Notes: generated by a model from the letters alone, not told the origin. DNA of 20,000 nt from an uncultured virus (IMG/VR IMGVR_UViG_3300021256_000096) (IMGVR_UViG_3300021256_000096), one strand, 5' to 3'; counted from the stretch's first letter, positions 8,662-16,334 are shown. Translations and numbers: made by a program.

Positions 8662-9033
8662 ATGACAACAGAAGAATTCAAAACAGCATTTCCCGTCGGG
8701 TCATTAATCTCTTATGTTCCTGGAATACAATTTCTGAAAGCCGGAGTAAGGGACTTCTTCAAGATAGAAGGTTACACAGTGAATCCGAAGGGACATCTTC
8801 ATATAAAGGGTGTGTGGTGCGGCTTTGACTTCCAGACAACTCGCTATAAGAAAGAGTACACTACTGACGACCCGTCTAAGTGGCATTGTATCGACTGTAT
8901 CGAAGATGTTATGCAAACGTCCGTCGGAACTCTCTGTCACAACTTCAATGACGTGAGACTTGCAGATGAGAAAGAGACTTCGATTTTCAATTTCTGTCTT
9001 GAAAAGATGCAACAAGAATATTCAAATCAATAA
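8662..9033 (+). CDS. hypothetical protein (123 aa from ATG 8662)
   Basis: The track's TTG 8632 lies within the promoter -7 box; ATG 8662 follows an A-rich leader. Confidence 0.75.
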   Translation: MTTEEFKTAFPVGSLISYVPGIQFLKAGVRDFFKIEGYTVNPKGHLHIKGVWCGFDFQTTRYKKEYTTDDPSKWHCIDCIEDVMQTSVGTLCHNFNDVRLADEKETSIFNFCLEKMQQEYSNQ

Positions 9034-9267
9034 CGAAATCAAATCAATATATGCACAAGATACGTAACACCAAACATCAAGCGATTCTCGACTCTCTGGT
9101 CGGGACGATTGCTCCTGGATGTTCAGAACCGTTGTCCAAGCGGACGTTGAAGAAACTCTGCATCATCAAGAAGTGGGACAAAAAAGCGGTGCTGAAGGAC
9201 ATCAAAGAAGACAATTGGTGGATTTACTTTTGCGACGATTAAATTCAAATCGATAACGAAATCAAAT
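9020..9267 (+). repeat. 25-bp direct repeat ATTCAAATC(A/G)ATAACGAAATCAAAT (9020-9044, 9243-9267) bracketing one gene
   Basis: 24/25 identity read directly. Confidence 0.9.
9051..9242 (+). CDS. small hypothetical protein (63 aa)
   Basis: ORF lying exactly between the two repeats. Confidence 0.7.
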   Translation: MHKIRNTKHQAILDSLVGTIAPGCSEPLSKRTLKKLCIIKKWDKKAVLKDIKEDNWWIYFCDD

Positions 9268-9277
9268 AAACGTCAAT

Positions 9278-9802
9278 ATGTTCAACGAACAAGCATTACA
9301 CGAGTGGATACAGCATATGGCTGAACGTCCGGATGAATTTCCGGCGTACGTGTCATTCTTCCACGGCATAACTCACTGGAGAAATGTTGAGGCTTTCGGA
9401 CTTATGCTCGCAGATGAGTATCCGTCAGCAGACACTGACGTCATCAGATGGTTCGCATATCTCCACGACTGTCGCAGGGGAACTGAACGTCCCTTTGAAG
9501 AGCATGGACGTCTGGCAGCTGCGTTTATATCCAGAATTCGCAAGACATTCTTGAAGGACTTGACTGATGCTCAGATAAAGACTCTAAAACTTGCCTGCAA
9601 GCATCACACAACAAAACGTCGCACCAAGGACTTGACAGCAGACATCTGTCTGGACGCTGACAGGCTTGACTTGAACAGAGTCACTATTAAACCCGACCCT
9701 AAGAGAATGGCTACGGAAGCAGGCGCACGTTTCGCTCAGATGAGTGAAGCGGAACTGGAATCTCGCAAGGACATTTACCTTCAAAGTTTAAACAACAGCT
9801 AA
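9278..9802 (+). CDS. HD-domain metal-dependent phosphohydrolase
   Basis: HGITHW, AYLHD, HG, HH and DADRLD, the full HD superfamily motif set. Confidence 0.85.
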   Translation: MFNEQALHEWIQHMAERPDEFPAYVSFFHGITHWRNVEAFGLMLADEYPSADTDVIRWFAYLHDCRRGTERPFEEHGRLAAAFISRIRKTFLKDLTDAQIKTLKLACKHHTTKRRTKDLTADICLDADRLDLNRVTIKPDPKRMATEAGARFAQMSEAELESRKDIYLQSLNNS

Positions 9803-9859
9803 AACAGATATACATTCACCTAAAGAATGCAAAATTCTGAAAAGTTTTTGTCTAAATGC

Positions 9860-9890
9860 TTGCAAGATTCAAAACTAATTCGTATCTTTG
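9860..9890 (+). promoter_or_regulatory. Bacteroidota primary-sigma-type promoter (TTG-N20-TATCTTTG)
   Basis: TATCTTTG 9883-9890 and TTG 9860-9862; same architecture as 8604-8634. Confidence 0.8.
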
Positions 9891-9955
9891 CATCGTGATT
9901 CAGAAATGAACACAAGACAGTTAACATTATTAATTACTTTAAAAGCAACAGAGTT

Positions 9956-10816
9956 ATGAAACAGAATTCAGAACAGAAGACAAGAGTCGAAATGATTACC
10001 CTCAAGGAAGTTAAGAACCTTGGTTTGCATTGTCATTCTCAGAACAGAGTAGTCAGTCAGGCTCACGTGAACCACATTAAGGAGTTTATCACTGATAACG
10101 ACAAGGGAACTGCCCTCAGTCATATGGGAACTGTTATTGTTTCTATAAAGACTCGCAATCTTCTTGATGGGCAGCATCGAGTTCAGGCTTGTCTAGAACT
10201 CCTTGAAGAAAAAGTTCTCTCACCAACAGATACTCTTCCATTCCAGTGGATTTGGTGTGCTGATGAATCCGAAGAGTACGAAGAGATTAAGAGGTTCAAC
10301 AACACCGGCAAGCGCTGGACGTCCTGGGACTACTTCCGCGGAAATAAGATGGTGAATGAGAATTATCGCCGTCTGGAGTCGTTCATCAAGGAATGCCCGA
10401 AACTCCGCGGAAAAAACTCTACACGTCCCGCTTATGCTCTTCTGTTCGGTAAGTCATATAACCGTGCGGACTTCAACGCAGGCAAGTTCACGATGACTGA
10501 GGAAGACCGCCAGCGCGGACTCCAGATGTACAATGAGATTGAGCGTCTGACCACATATCTGAAGGCTCCTGAGAAAATCAGCACATACGGAATGGCTCCG
10601 AAACTCAACTTCGAGGAACTTGCTTGTGCTTGGTGGATTTATCGCTCGACGGCCGGTGCTCAGACCAATATGGACGAGTTCATCGACGAGTTCCGTACTC
10701 ACACCAAGATGTACAATAAGATGGAGAAGTCGAACCGCACCTCTCTGGTCAAGATGTTCGACAGAGTCCACAAGAATATGATTGCCCGTAAGACCGGCAA
10801 GCGTATCCGAATCTAA
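9956..10816 (+). CDS. ParB/Srx-like (DGQHR motif) domain protein
   Basis: VIVS..TRNLLDGQHRVQA motif, upstream NRVVSQAHV and downstream N...KRW..DY; has its own promoter and terminator. Confidence 0.7.
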   Translation: MKQNSEQKTRVEMITLKEVKNLGLHCHSQNRVVSQAHVNHIKEFITDNDKGTALSHMGTVIVSIKTRNLLDGQHRVQACLELLEEKVLSPTDTLPFQWIWCADESEEYEEIKRFNNTGKRWTSWDYFRGNKMVNENYRRLESFIKECPKLRGKNSTRPAYALLFGKSYNRADFNAGKFTMTEEDRQRGLQMYNEIERLTTYLKAPEKISTYGMAPKLNFEELACAWWIYRSTAGAQTNMDEFIDEFRTHTKMYNKMEKSNRTSLVKMFDRVHKNMIARKTGKRIRI

Positions 10817-10846
10817 GAACGCTTTTAAAAGAATTATAATGTTCGG

Positions 10847-10888
10847 GCGTCTGGGTGGTCTGAATAAGACATCCGGACGCTTTTTCTT
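10847..10888 (+). terminator. intrinsic terminator
   Basis: GCGTCTGGGTG-GTCT / AGAC-ATCCGGACGC stem with G-U pairs, followed by TTTTTCTT. Confidence 0.8.
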
Positions 10889-10923
10889 AAAGCAAAACAA
10901 ATACAGATTCATAATGAAACTCA

Positions 10924-11292
10924 ATGAAAAGACTACTCTACATATTCGTCACTCTCTTCAGTACGCTGCTTCTGACGTCCTGTTACTGGAGTGATGATTT
11001 GAATGAATATACGGACGACTCGCATTCAAACAGACCCGACGCTTACCACTACTTCTGGTACTACAATCCGGATTTGTTCAAGGACGTCGAGTACTGTCAA
11101 GTAATCGGGTGCTACGAATTATCCGTTCCTTCATCTGATGATGACTACGGATACTACACAAATCAGAGATGCTATGTCTACGATGATACAATCTTTCTGA
11201 AGAAAAGGACTCTCTTCCCAGACCATATATACTTCAACGGTTATATCATCATCGACGATAATGAGTTTCAATACAGATTCAAATTAAACTAA
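10924..11292 (+). CDS. putative lipoprotein (122 aa)
   Basis: MKR, hydrophobic core, lipobox LLTS-C at residue 20, then acidic YWSDDLNE. Confidence 0.8.
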   Translation: MKRLLYIFVTLFSTLLLTSCYWSDDLNEYTDDSHSNRPDAYHYFWYYNPDLFKDVEYCQVIGCYELSVPSSDDDYGYYTNQRCYVYDDTIFLKKRTLFPDHIYFNGYIIIDDNEFQYRFKLN

Positions 11293-11301
11293 CTTCCATA
11301 T

Positions 11302-12072
11302 ATGACAAACGAAGATTTGCAAATATACTTCAGTGAGCACTGTACAGTGACAGACAACGTCATCAGACTCGGCTCTGCACAATTGTCCCGTGAAGATTAT
11401 CTCCAGGTGAAGAAATTATTAGAGTCTCGCGGTGGCAAGTGGAAAGGCGGTAAGACATCTGGTTTCATCTTCGATTCAGACGCTACTCCAGTTTATACGT
11501 CCATCTGTGACGGTGACTTGGAGAACAAGAAGAATGTCTATCAGTTCTTCCCTACTCCGGACAATATAGCAGACCTGATGGTCGAGAGACTCGATGTCGA
11601 TAAATTCATTGATGTGTGGGGAATGGACGGACCCGTCGTCCTGGAACCATCAGCAGGTCGTGGTTCACTCATCAAAGCGTTCCACCGTAAATATCCCTTT
11701 ATCCCTATAGAAGCCTGGGAAATCAACCCAGACTGCTGGTACGCCCTTGAACAATTGGAAGATGTAGTGCTTGTGAAAGATGACTTCTTGAACTACGATA
11801 GTAAGTACGGATTCGACTACATCATCGCCAATCCCCCTTTCGCAAAGAACGCAGACATCATCCATTTCCGGAAGATGTACTCAGTGCTCAAACCCAAAGG
11901 GCATATGTGCTGCATCATCTCATCGCACGCCCTTGAATCAAAGGGACGTACAGAATCCGAATTCAAGGAGTGGCTGTATTCTCTACATCCGATGGTAGAA
12001 GAACTCCTCGCAGGCACATTCAAGGACGCCGGAACTGACGTGCGTACATATATGATTTCTCTCATCAAGTAA
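11302..12072 (+). CDS. amino (N6-adenine-type) methyltransferase, gamma-class motif order, probably acting on DNA
   Basis: Motif X QFFPTP, motif I VLEPSAGRG, motif IV IIANPPF, motif VIII TFKDAGTDV; no obvious C-terminal target recognition domain. Confidence 0.85.
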   Translation: MTNEDLQIYFSEHCTVTDNVIRLGSAQLSREDYLQVKKLLESRGGKWKGGKTSGFIFDSDATPVYTSICDGDLENKKNVYQFFPTPDNIADLMVERLDVDKFIDVWGMDGPVVLEPSAGRGSLIKAFHRKYPFIPIEAWEINPDCWYALEQLEDVVLVKDDFLNYDSKYGFDYIIANPPFAKNADIIHFRKMYSVLKPKGHMCCIISSHALESKGRTESEFKEWLYSLHPMVEELLAGTFKDAGTDVRTYMISLIK

Positions 12073-12095
12073 TCTCTATTGTTTCCATATTTTGA

Positions 12096-12144
12096 GGGGA
12101 CGTTCGGACATCCACGATTCGTGGGTTCTGACGTCCCTATTTTG
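12096..12144 (+). terminator. intrinsic terminator
   Basis: GGGACGT...CCACG-ATT-CGTGG...ACGTCCC hairpin followed by TATTTT. Confidence 0.7.
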
Positions 12145-12217
12145 GTTTCATAGCGAACCCATCAGAAATAAAAAATAAACTTTTTCTTGCCGTTTGCGTA
12201 TAATCTTTGAAAAACAG

Positions 12218-12227
12218 TAGATAAATA
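12218..12227 (+). promoter_or_regulatory. TAGATAAATA, second copy of the candidate late promoter
   Basis: Identical to 3831-3840; lies after a terminator and before the AraC gene. Confidence 0.5.
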
Positions 12228-12262
12228 AAAAAGAAAAATAAATCAAGAGAAGAATACTTAAT

Positions 12263-12760
12263 ATGGAAATTAATCAGAATTTATCTCGCAAGAAGATTAC
12301 AGATCCTAAATACAACAGGTTCGTCAAGGAGGATGTTCTCGATGATCTGGAAGAGAAGATTAAGGACATTCTCATCCGTAAGGAGAAGTACAAGGATCCG
12401 GACTACAATGCGAAGAAACTCGCCGAAGACTGCGACACCAAGATGACACGCATCTCTATAGCATTCAATTCAAGATTCAAGATGAATTACAATATGTTCG
12501 TCAACAAGCAGAGAGTCGATGCTATCAAGAGAATGCTCTCTGACGAGAAGTTCGACGATATGAACATCCCAGAAATCGCAAAGCTCGCAGGATTCAAGAC
12601 CATCATTCCCGTCTTCAGTGCATTCAAGTGCTTCGAGGGTATGACTCCTTTTGAGTACCGCAAGACCCATAATCCGGACAGAATCAAGAAGCGTCACGAG
12701 AAGAAGGACGCTGCGGCCGGCAAGAAGAAGAGAGGGAGAAAGCCCAAACAACAGCAATAA
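12263..12760 (+). CDS. AraC-family HTH protein (DNA-binding domain only) with basic AT-hook-like tail
   Basis: YKDPDYNAKKLA, NYNMFVNKQRV, IPEIAKLAGF and FKCFEGMTPFEYRK match the AraC signature; tail KKKRGRKPK. Confidence 0.85.
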   Translation: MEINQNLSRKKITDPKYNRFVKEDVLDDLEEKIKDILIRKEKYKDPDYNAKKLAEDCDTKMTRISIAFNSRFKMNYNMFVNKQRVDAIKRMLSDEKFDDMNIPEIAKLAGFKTIIPVFSAFKCFEGMTPFEYRKTHNPDRIKKRHEKKDAAAGKKKRGRKPKQQQ

Positions 12761-12784
12761 GAAACTGTACCATATCCTAAGTAG

Positions 12785-12837
12785 GACGTCTGAAATCGGA
12801 ATCGATAACGAAACTGAAGTCAGACGTCTGATTTTTA
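12785..12837 (+). terminator. hairpin or terminator after the AraC gene
   Basis: GACGTCTGA / TCAGACGTC 9-bp arms with inner pairing, followed by TGATTTTT. Confidence 0.6.
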
Positions 12838-12905
12838 TCATATAAAATTAAACTAAATAATAATTCCTGAGTACAATAGTAAAGAGAAATGTCAGATGAT
12901 GAGAT

Positions 12906-13259
12906 ATGATAGCACTTAGAGTTCCGGAAGATGAATTGACTCAAGCGTTTGTTGATTATCGGGAAATGTTCACACGTCGTAAAGTCGTCCACTACGGTCC
13001 TGAGTACATCATAGAGACTGAGAGTCTGTTAGAACGTCAGAACGCTCTGATTGATGAGTTGAAATGTATATTCAAGTTCAACGATTGGCAAGTTCGTGCA
13101 GATTGGACGATACTGGACATCATTATCGCTAACAGAGACGAGAATGAAAGGATAATATCGGACTTTGTCTCAGAAAGAGGATTCATTATTATTCCGAAGA
13201 GCAAAGAACTCATCAACGACAGCATCTCATTCAAGCATCTGCTATGCACTCTGAAATAA
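12906..13259 (+). CDS. hypothetical protein (117 aa)
   Basis: ORF in + block. Confidence 0.7.
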   Translation: MIALRVPEDELTQAFVDYREMFTRRKVVHYGPEYIIETESLLERQNALIDELKCIFKFNDWQVRADWTILDIIIANRDENERIISDFVSERGFIIIPKSKELINDSISFKHLLCTLK

Positions 13260-13283
13260 AACGAAATGTAACTTATATATTAT

Positions 13284-13937
13284 ATGTCACTATTAAGAAA
13301 CAAGACCGCAGAAGAGATAGTCAGTTTCATCCAGGGATGGCTCTGGGCTATCGATGCACATAACGACGAATTCAATGACCAGAACGTCGTGTTCCACGTC
13401 TTACAAGATATACTAGCATACGCTTGTCCCAACGGATTCGGAAAGACAGATGACAAGCAGGAGACAGCAGAGACTGTCAACCACATCCCGACACATGAAG
13501 AACTCATCGGACGTCTGACTGCACGTCCTGAGGATTTGGATCTACGATTCAAGTCGAAGAATGTCCGGACAGTGAACATCAAGGAGGATGGTGAGACGTC
13601 TGAAGATTACAATATGACATTTGAAGAAGCACAGGCATACTGCTCGAAACGCGGCATCGACATCCCTTGGAACGACGGTGATATTTATATAGATGGGAGA
13701 GAACTCACACGCTCCATCGGAAACGTTCTCAAGTGGGCTGACGAACATCCGAAGGTAGAACTTCCTAAGTGGAAACGTATGCCTCTGTCTGACCAAAGTT
13801 ACGTGGACGACTTTGCCTGCGTCACACATGTCATCACTTCAGAGAAGAACGGAACCAGCACTTCAGTAGAGGCTGTTCAGAAGGGTAACTATTATATCCC
13901 GATGTTCGACCTGGAGAAGTTTCCGAAAGAAAAGTAA
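13284..13937 (+). CDS. hypothetical phage protein (217 aa)
   Basis: ORF in + block; KWADEHP..PKWK motif recurrent in Bacteroidota phage proteins (from recall). Confidence 0.8.
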   Translation: MSLLRNKTAEEIVSFIQGWLWAIDAHNDEFNDQNVVFHVLQDILAYACPNGFGKTDDKQETAETVNHIPTHEELIGRLTARPEDLDLRFKSKNVRTVNIKEDGETSEDYNMTFEEAQAYCSKRGIDIPWNDGDIYIDGRELTRSIGNVLKWADEHPKVELPKWKRMPLSDQSYVDDFACVTHVITSEKNGTSTSVEAVQKGNYYIPMFDLEKFPKEK

Positions 13938-14010
13938 AACACTTACTACATAATATTTTACTGTTTCATAAACTGATATTTTTGAAGTCAAAAGGTTACA
14001 ATTGACACTC

Positions 14011-14051
14011 ACCCGAACTAGTCGAGATGACTATAGTTCGGGTTATTTTTT
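14011..14051 (+). terminator. intrinsic terminator ending the + block
   Basis: ACCCGAACTA / TAGTTCGGGT 10-bp perfect stem followed by TATTTTTT. Confidence 0.85.
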
Positions 14052-14242
14052 GCAAATATCCCAGAATCGTCATTTTGCAATATTTGTCTCCAGGACGTTA
14101 GACGTCCTTTCTTATACGGAAATCAAACTTGGAATCGTTACGAAACCAAACTATCATTTTCTTGACAGAACCAAGGTCCAGATCTCTGAATCCGGCAGCA
14201 GAATCCGGACATTGTGTCTAGATTCTCATCCAGGATACAAAC

Positions 14243-14278
14243 AAAAGAAGACGCCCGACTCATCGCGAGCCAGACGTC
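14243..14278 (-). terminator. intrinsic terminator ending the - block
   Basis: Minus strand reads GACGTCTGGCTC-GCGAT-GAGTCGGGCGTC-TTCTTTT, a 12-bp stem with three G-U pairs that works only on this strand. Confidence 0.85.
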
Positions 14279-14319
14279 CAGAAATCAAAAACCTACAATT
14301 GGAAATAGTAATTAAATTG

Positions 14320-14538
14320 TTATAACATTTCGTATTCGCCCATAACAATAGCGTCTTCAGTGAACTCTAATCCATCACCCTTGCCTTGCCACTCTTCTTC
14401 GTGTGAGTAGCCTTCGGTACTGATGCAGTTCACTCTGAGATAATCACGCTCTCTGTCCACTTCAAGGACTTGGAAGCGCATAGGGTTTGTACAACCCGGC
14501 CACGCTTGCTTGAACCAATCACCTACTTTCAGTTCCAT
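14320..14538 (-). CDS. hypothetical protein (72 aa; MELKVGDW, SH3/KOW-like start)
   Basis: ATG 14538; last gene of the minus block. Confidence 0.75.
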   Translation of the reverse strand: MELKVGDWFKQAWPGCTNPMRFQVLEVDRERDYLRVNCISTEGYSHEEEWQGKGDGLEFTEDAIVMGEYEML

Positions 14539-14553
14539 AATCAAAAATCCTTA

Positions 14554-14928
14554 TTATTTAAAATCGTTCAACATCGCTTTTCTCACAGTGTTCGCTATGA
14601 CTGTCAAGTCACGCAGTTCCAGTTCTCTATGTAGATTATCTTGAGTTCCATCCTTAAGTCCGGACGCAAAGTCATTGAACATCTTCAGGAACAAGTCCAG
14701 AGAACTATAGTTTCTCTCAGGACGTTTAGCATCAGGTTCTTCAACAGAGAGGATATCATCATTTACACGCTGGACGTCCCAATAGATGCTATTCTCTTGC
14801 CTGCGGCAAGCATACTTGCTGATGTCGTCGATAACGCTGCTGCTAGCGTCCATAATTCCGTAGATGTTGTCGTATATGTCTCCGCACTTATCAGGGACGT
14901 CTACATTGATTTTGATTTCGTATTTCAT
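14554..14928 (-). CDS. hypothetical protein (124 aa)
   Basis: ATGA coupling with the upstream gene. Confidence 0.75.
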   Translation of the reverse strand: MKYEIKINVDVPDKCGDIYDNIYGIMDASSSVIDDISKYACRRQENSIYWDVQRVNDDILSVEEPDAKRPERNYSSLDLFLKMFNDFASGLKDGTQDNLHRELELRDLTVIANTVRKAMLNDFK

Positions 14929-15338
14929 TCTGAATCCTTCTTTACTTGTTCTAACCTTGCTGTGTACTTATCGACTCTTTCCTTAGCCATAGCCAGATGC
15001 TTCTGACAGCGTTCGACTTCCTCATTGGCGAACCAGAGAAGGTCCTCTATCATCTTCTTATAAGTTGCAACTGCTTCAGTCCTATCTGCGAAGAACATAT
15101 TCTTGTATGAGGACTTCCCGAAACTATTCGCACTGACAACAATAGCACGCTCAGAAAGCCGGCCGTCTGGATCTTTTCCAAGAGCGATATACGAATTCGG
15201 ATGTTCGGATTCAGTATCTCTGTTGAATTCGGACGTCAACTTCCACTTCAGTGCATATACGTCCGAGTAAGACTTCTTGATCTCATAGACGAAGTCTCCA
15301 ATCTTCAGTTCCTTGAATGTTCTCGCCATATACTTCAA
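14925..15338 (-). CDS. hypothetical protein (about 134-137 aa; likely ATG 15329) with C-terminal coiled coil
   Basis: TFKELKIGD start motif and helical C-terminus. Confidence 0.75.
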   Translation of the reverse strand: MKYMARTFKELKIGDFVYEIKKSYSDVYALKWKLTSEFNRDTESEHPNSYIALGKDPDGRLSERAIVVSANSFGKSSYKNMFFADRTEAVATYKKMIEDLLWFANEEVERCQKHLAMAKERVDKYTARLEQVKKDSE

Positions 15339-15357
15339 TTCTCATTTCGTTATATAA

Positions 15358-16038
15358 TCAACGAAAGTCGCAGCTATCATCTATTTTCGTTTCAACTTCT
15401 CCAGCTAATTTCAAGAGTTTTCTGTACTTCTTCATATAGTCTGTGAGAATCTTAATTGGAAGTTCTTTCCCGATTCTCTCAAGAGTCTCAACAGTCCAAC
15501 CTGTCATATTAGAGTATTTCTTTTCGTGAGGAAAATTCTCTTTAAACGGAGCAGTCTCGAACGTCAAGTCGAAATAGTTCCGGTCTTCACGAAAGTCAAT
15601 CGTCAGTGTATAGTACGCAGTAGCGTCGTATACAGTCTGTTCGAGATGACATATCTTGGGCTTCAGACGCTTCTCGCACTCTATGCGCATTCCGCATTCA
15701 TCTACAAGAAATCTTCCCAAGTCGTCGAGCGTGCAATACGAACGGTAGTCCTGAGCAATCTTACAGTAGTCAGACCTGTACTTACCCTCCTTGCGTCCGC
15801 ACTGTTCCAAGAAATCAGGATTCCAGTCATCACGGCTACAACTGTAGAAATGCTCGTCATCTCCACGGTGAATGGTCACTTGATTCGGAGTCACCATAAT
15901 TATAATGGGAGCAGAACTTCCAGAGTTCATCAGCATATAACTACCTGGCTACGTGCTTGAGGGATACGCCCAGAAGTTGCAGTGCTGAAAGAATCTGGAA
16001 AAGTCGTCCAACTGGTCGAAATGTTTCTTTTTGCTCAT
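15358..16038 (-). CDS. hypothetical protein, 226 aa if the in-frame TAG at 15949-15951 is read through (192 aa otherwise)
   Basis: ATG 16038 gives MSKKKHFDQLDDFSRFFQHCNFWAYPSST-TAG-PGSY-MLMNSG..., in frame with the 15358..15936 ORF. Confidence 0.7.
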
Positions 16039-16054
16039 AACAGTTCATATTTGA

Positions 16055-16333
16055 TTAAATATTGAAATCAACCCACTCTTCGTACACTTTCTCTTCCGGA
16101 GAGAGATGCTTGTATGGATACTCGCCTTTGTTCCAGTTAGCATTGTGCTCTTCTGGATTCTTCGGAACGTACTTGTGGACGAGATACTCGCCGTCGTCAG
16201 AACGGCACTGCCCGTCATCAATGACGATATGCAGATTCTCCTTAGGAGAGTATCCTATGATTTCTGCACATCCGTCCACCCACATAGTGTCCTTCGGGAA
16301 CAATGATGTCAGCTTGCAGAATGAGATGTTCAT
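16055..16333 (-). CDS. hypothetical protein (92 aa from ATG 16333)
   Basis: ATG lies 1 nt after the upstream TGA. Confidence 0.7.
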   Translation of the reverse strand: MNISFCKLTSLFPKDTMWVDGCAEIIGYSPKENLHIVIDDGQCRSDDGEYLVHKYVPKNPEEHNANWNKGEYPYKHLSPEEKVYEEWVDFNI

Positions 16334-16334
16334 A

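Noticed and set aside
11302..12072. Complete restriction-modification system
   Set aside because: No recognisable endonuclease or specificity subunit nearby.
12201..12209. TAATCTTTG as a Bacteroidota -7 box
   Set aside because: Spacing does not match TAnnTTTG and there is no properly spaced -33 element.
14002..14325. 107-aa + strand ORF
   Set aside because: TTG start, runs through two terminators and several hairpins; treated as non-coding.
14528..14541. 14-bp identity TTCAGTTCCATAAT with 19048-19061
   Set aside because: Explained by both genes starting M-E-L-K after an ATT leader; no further similarity.
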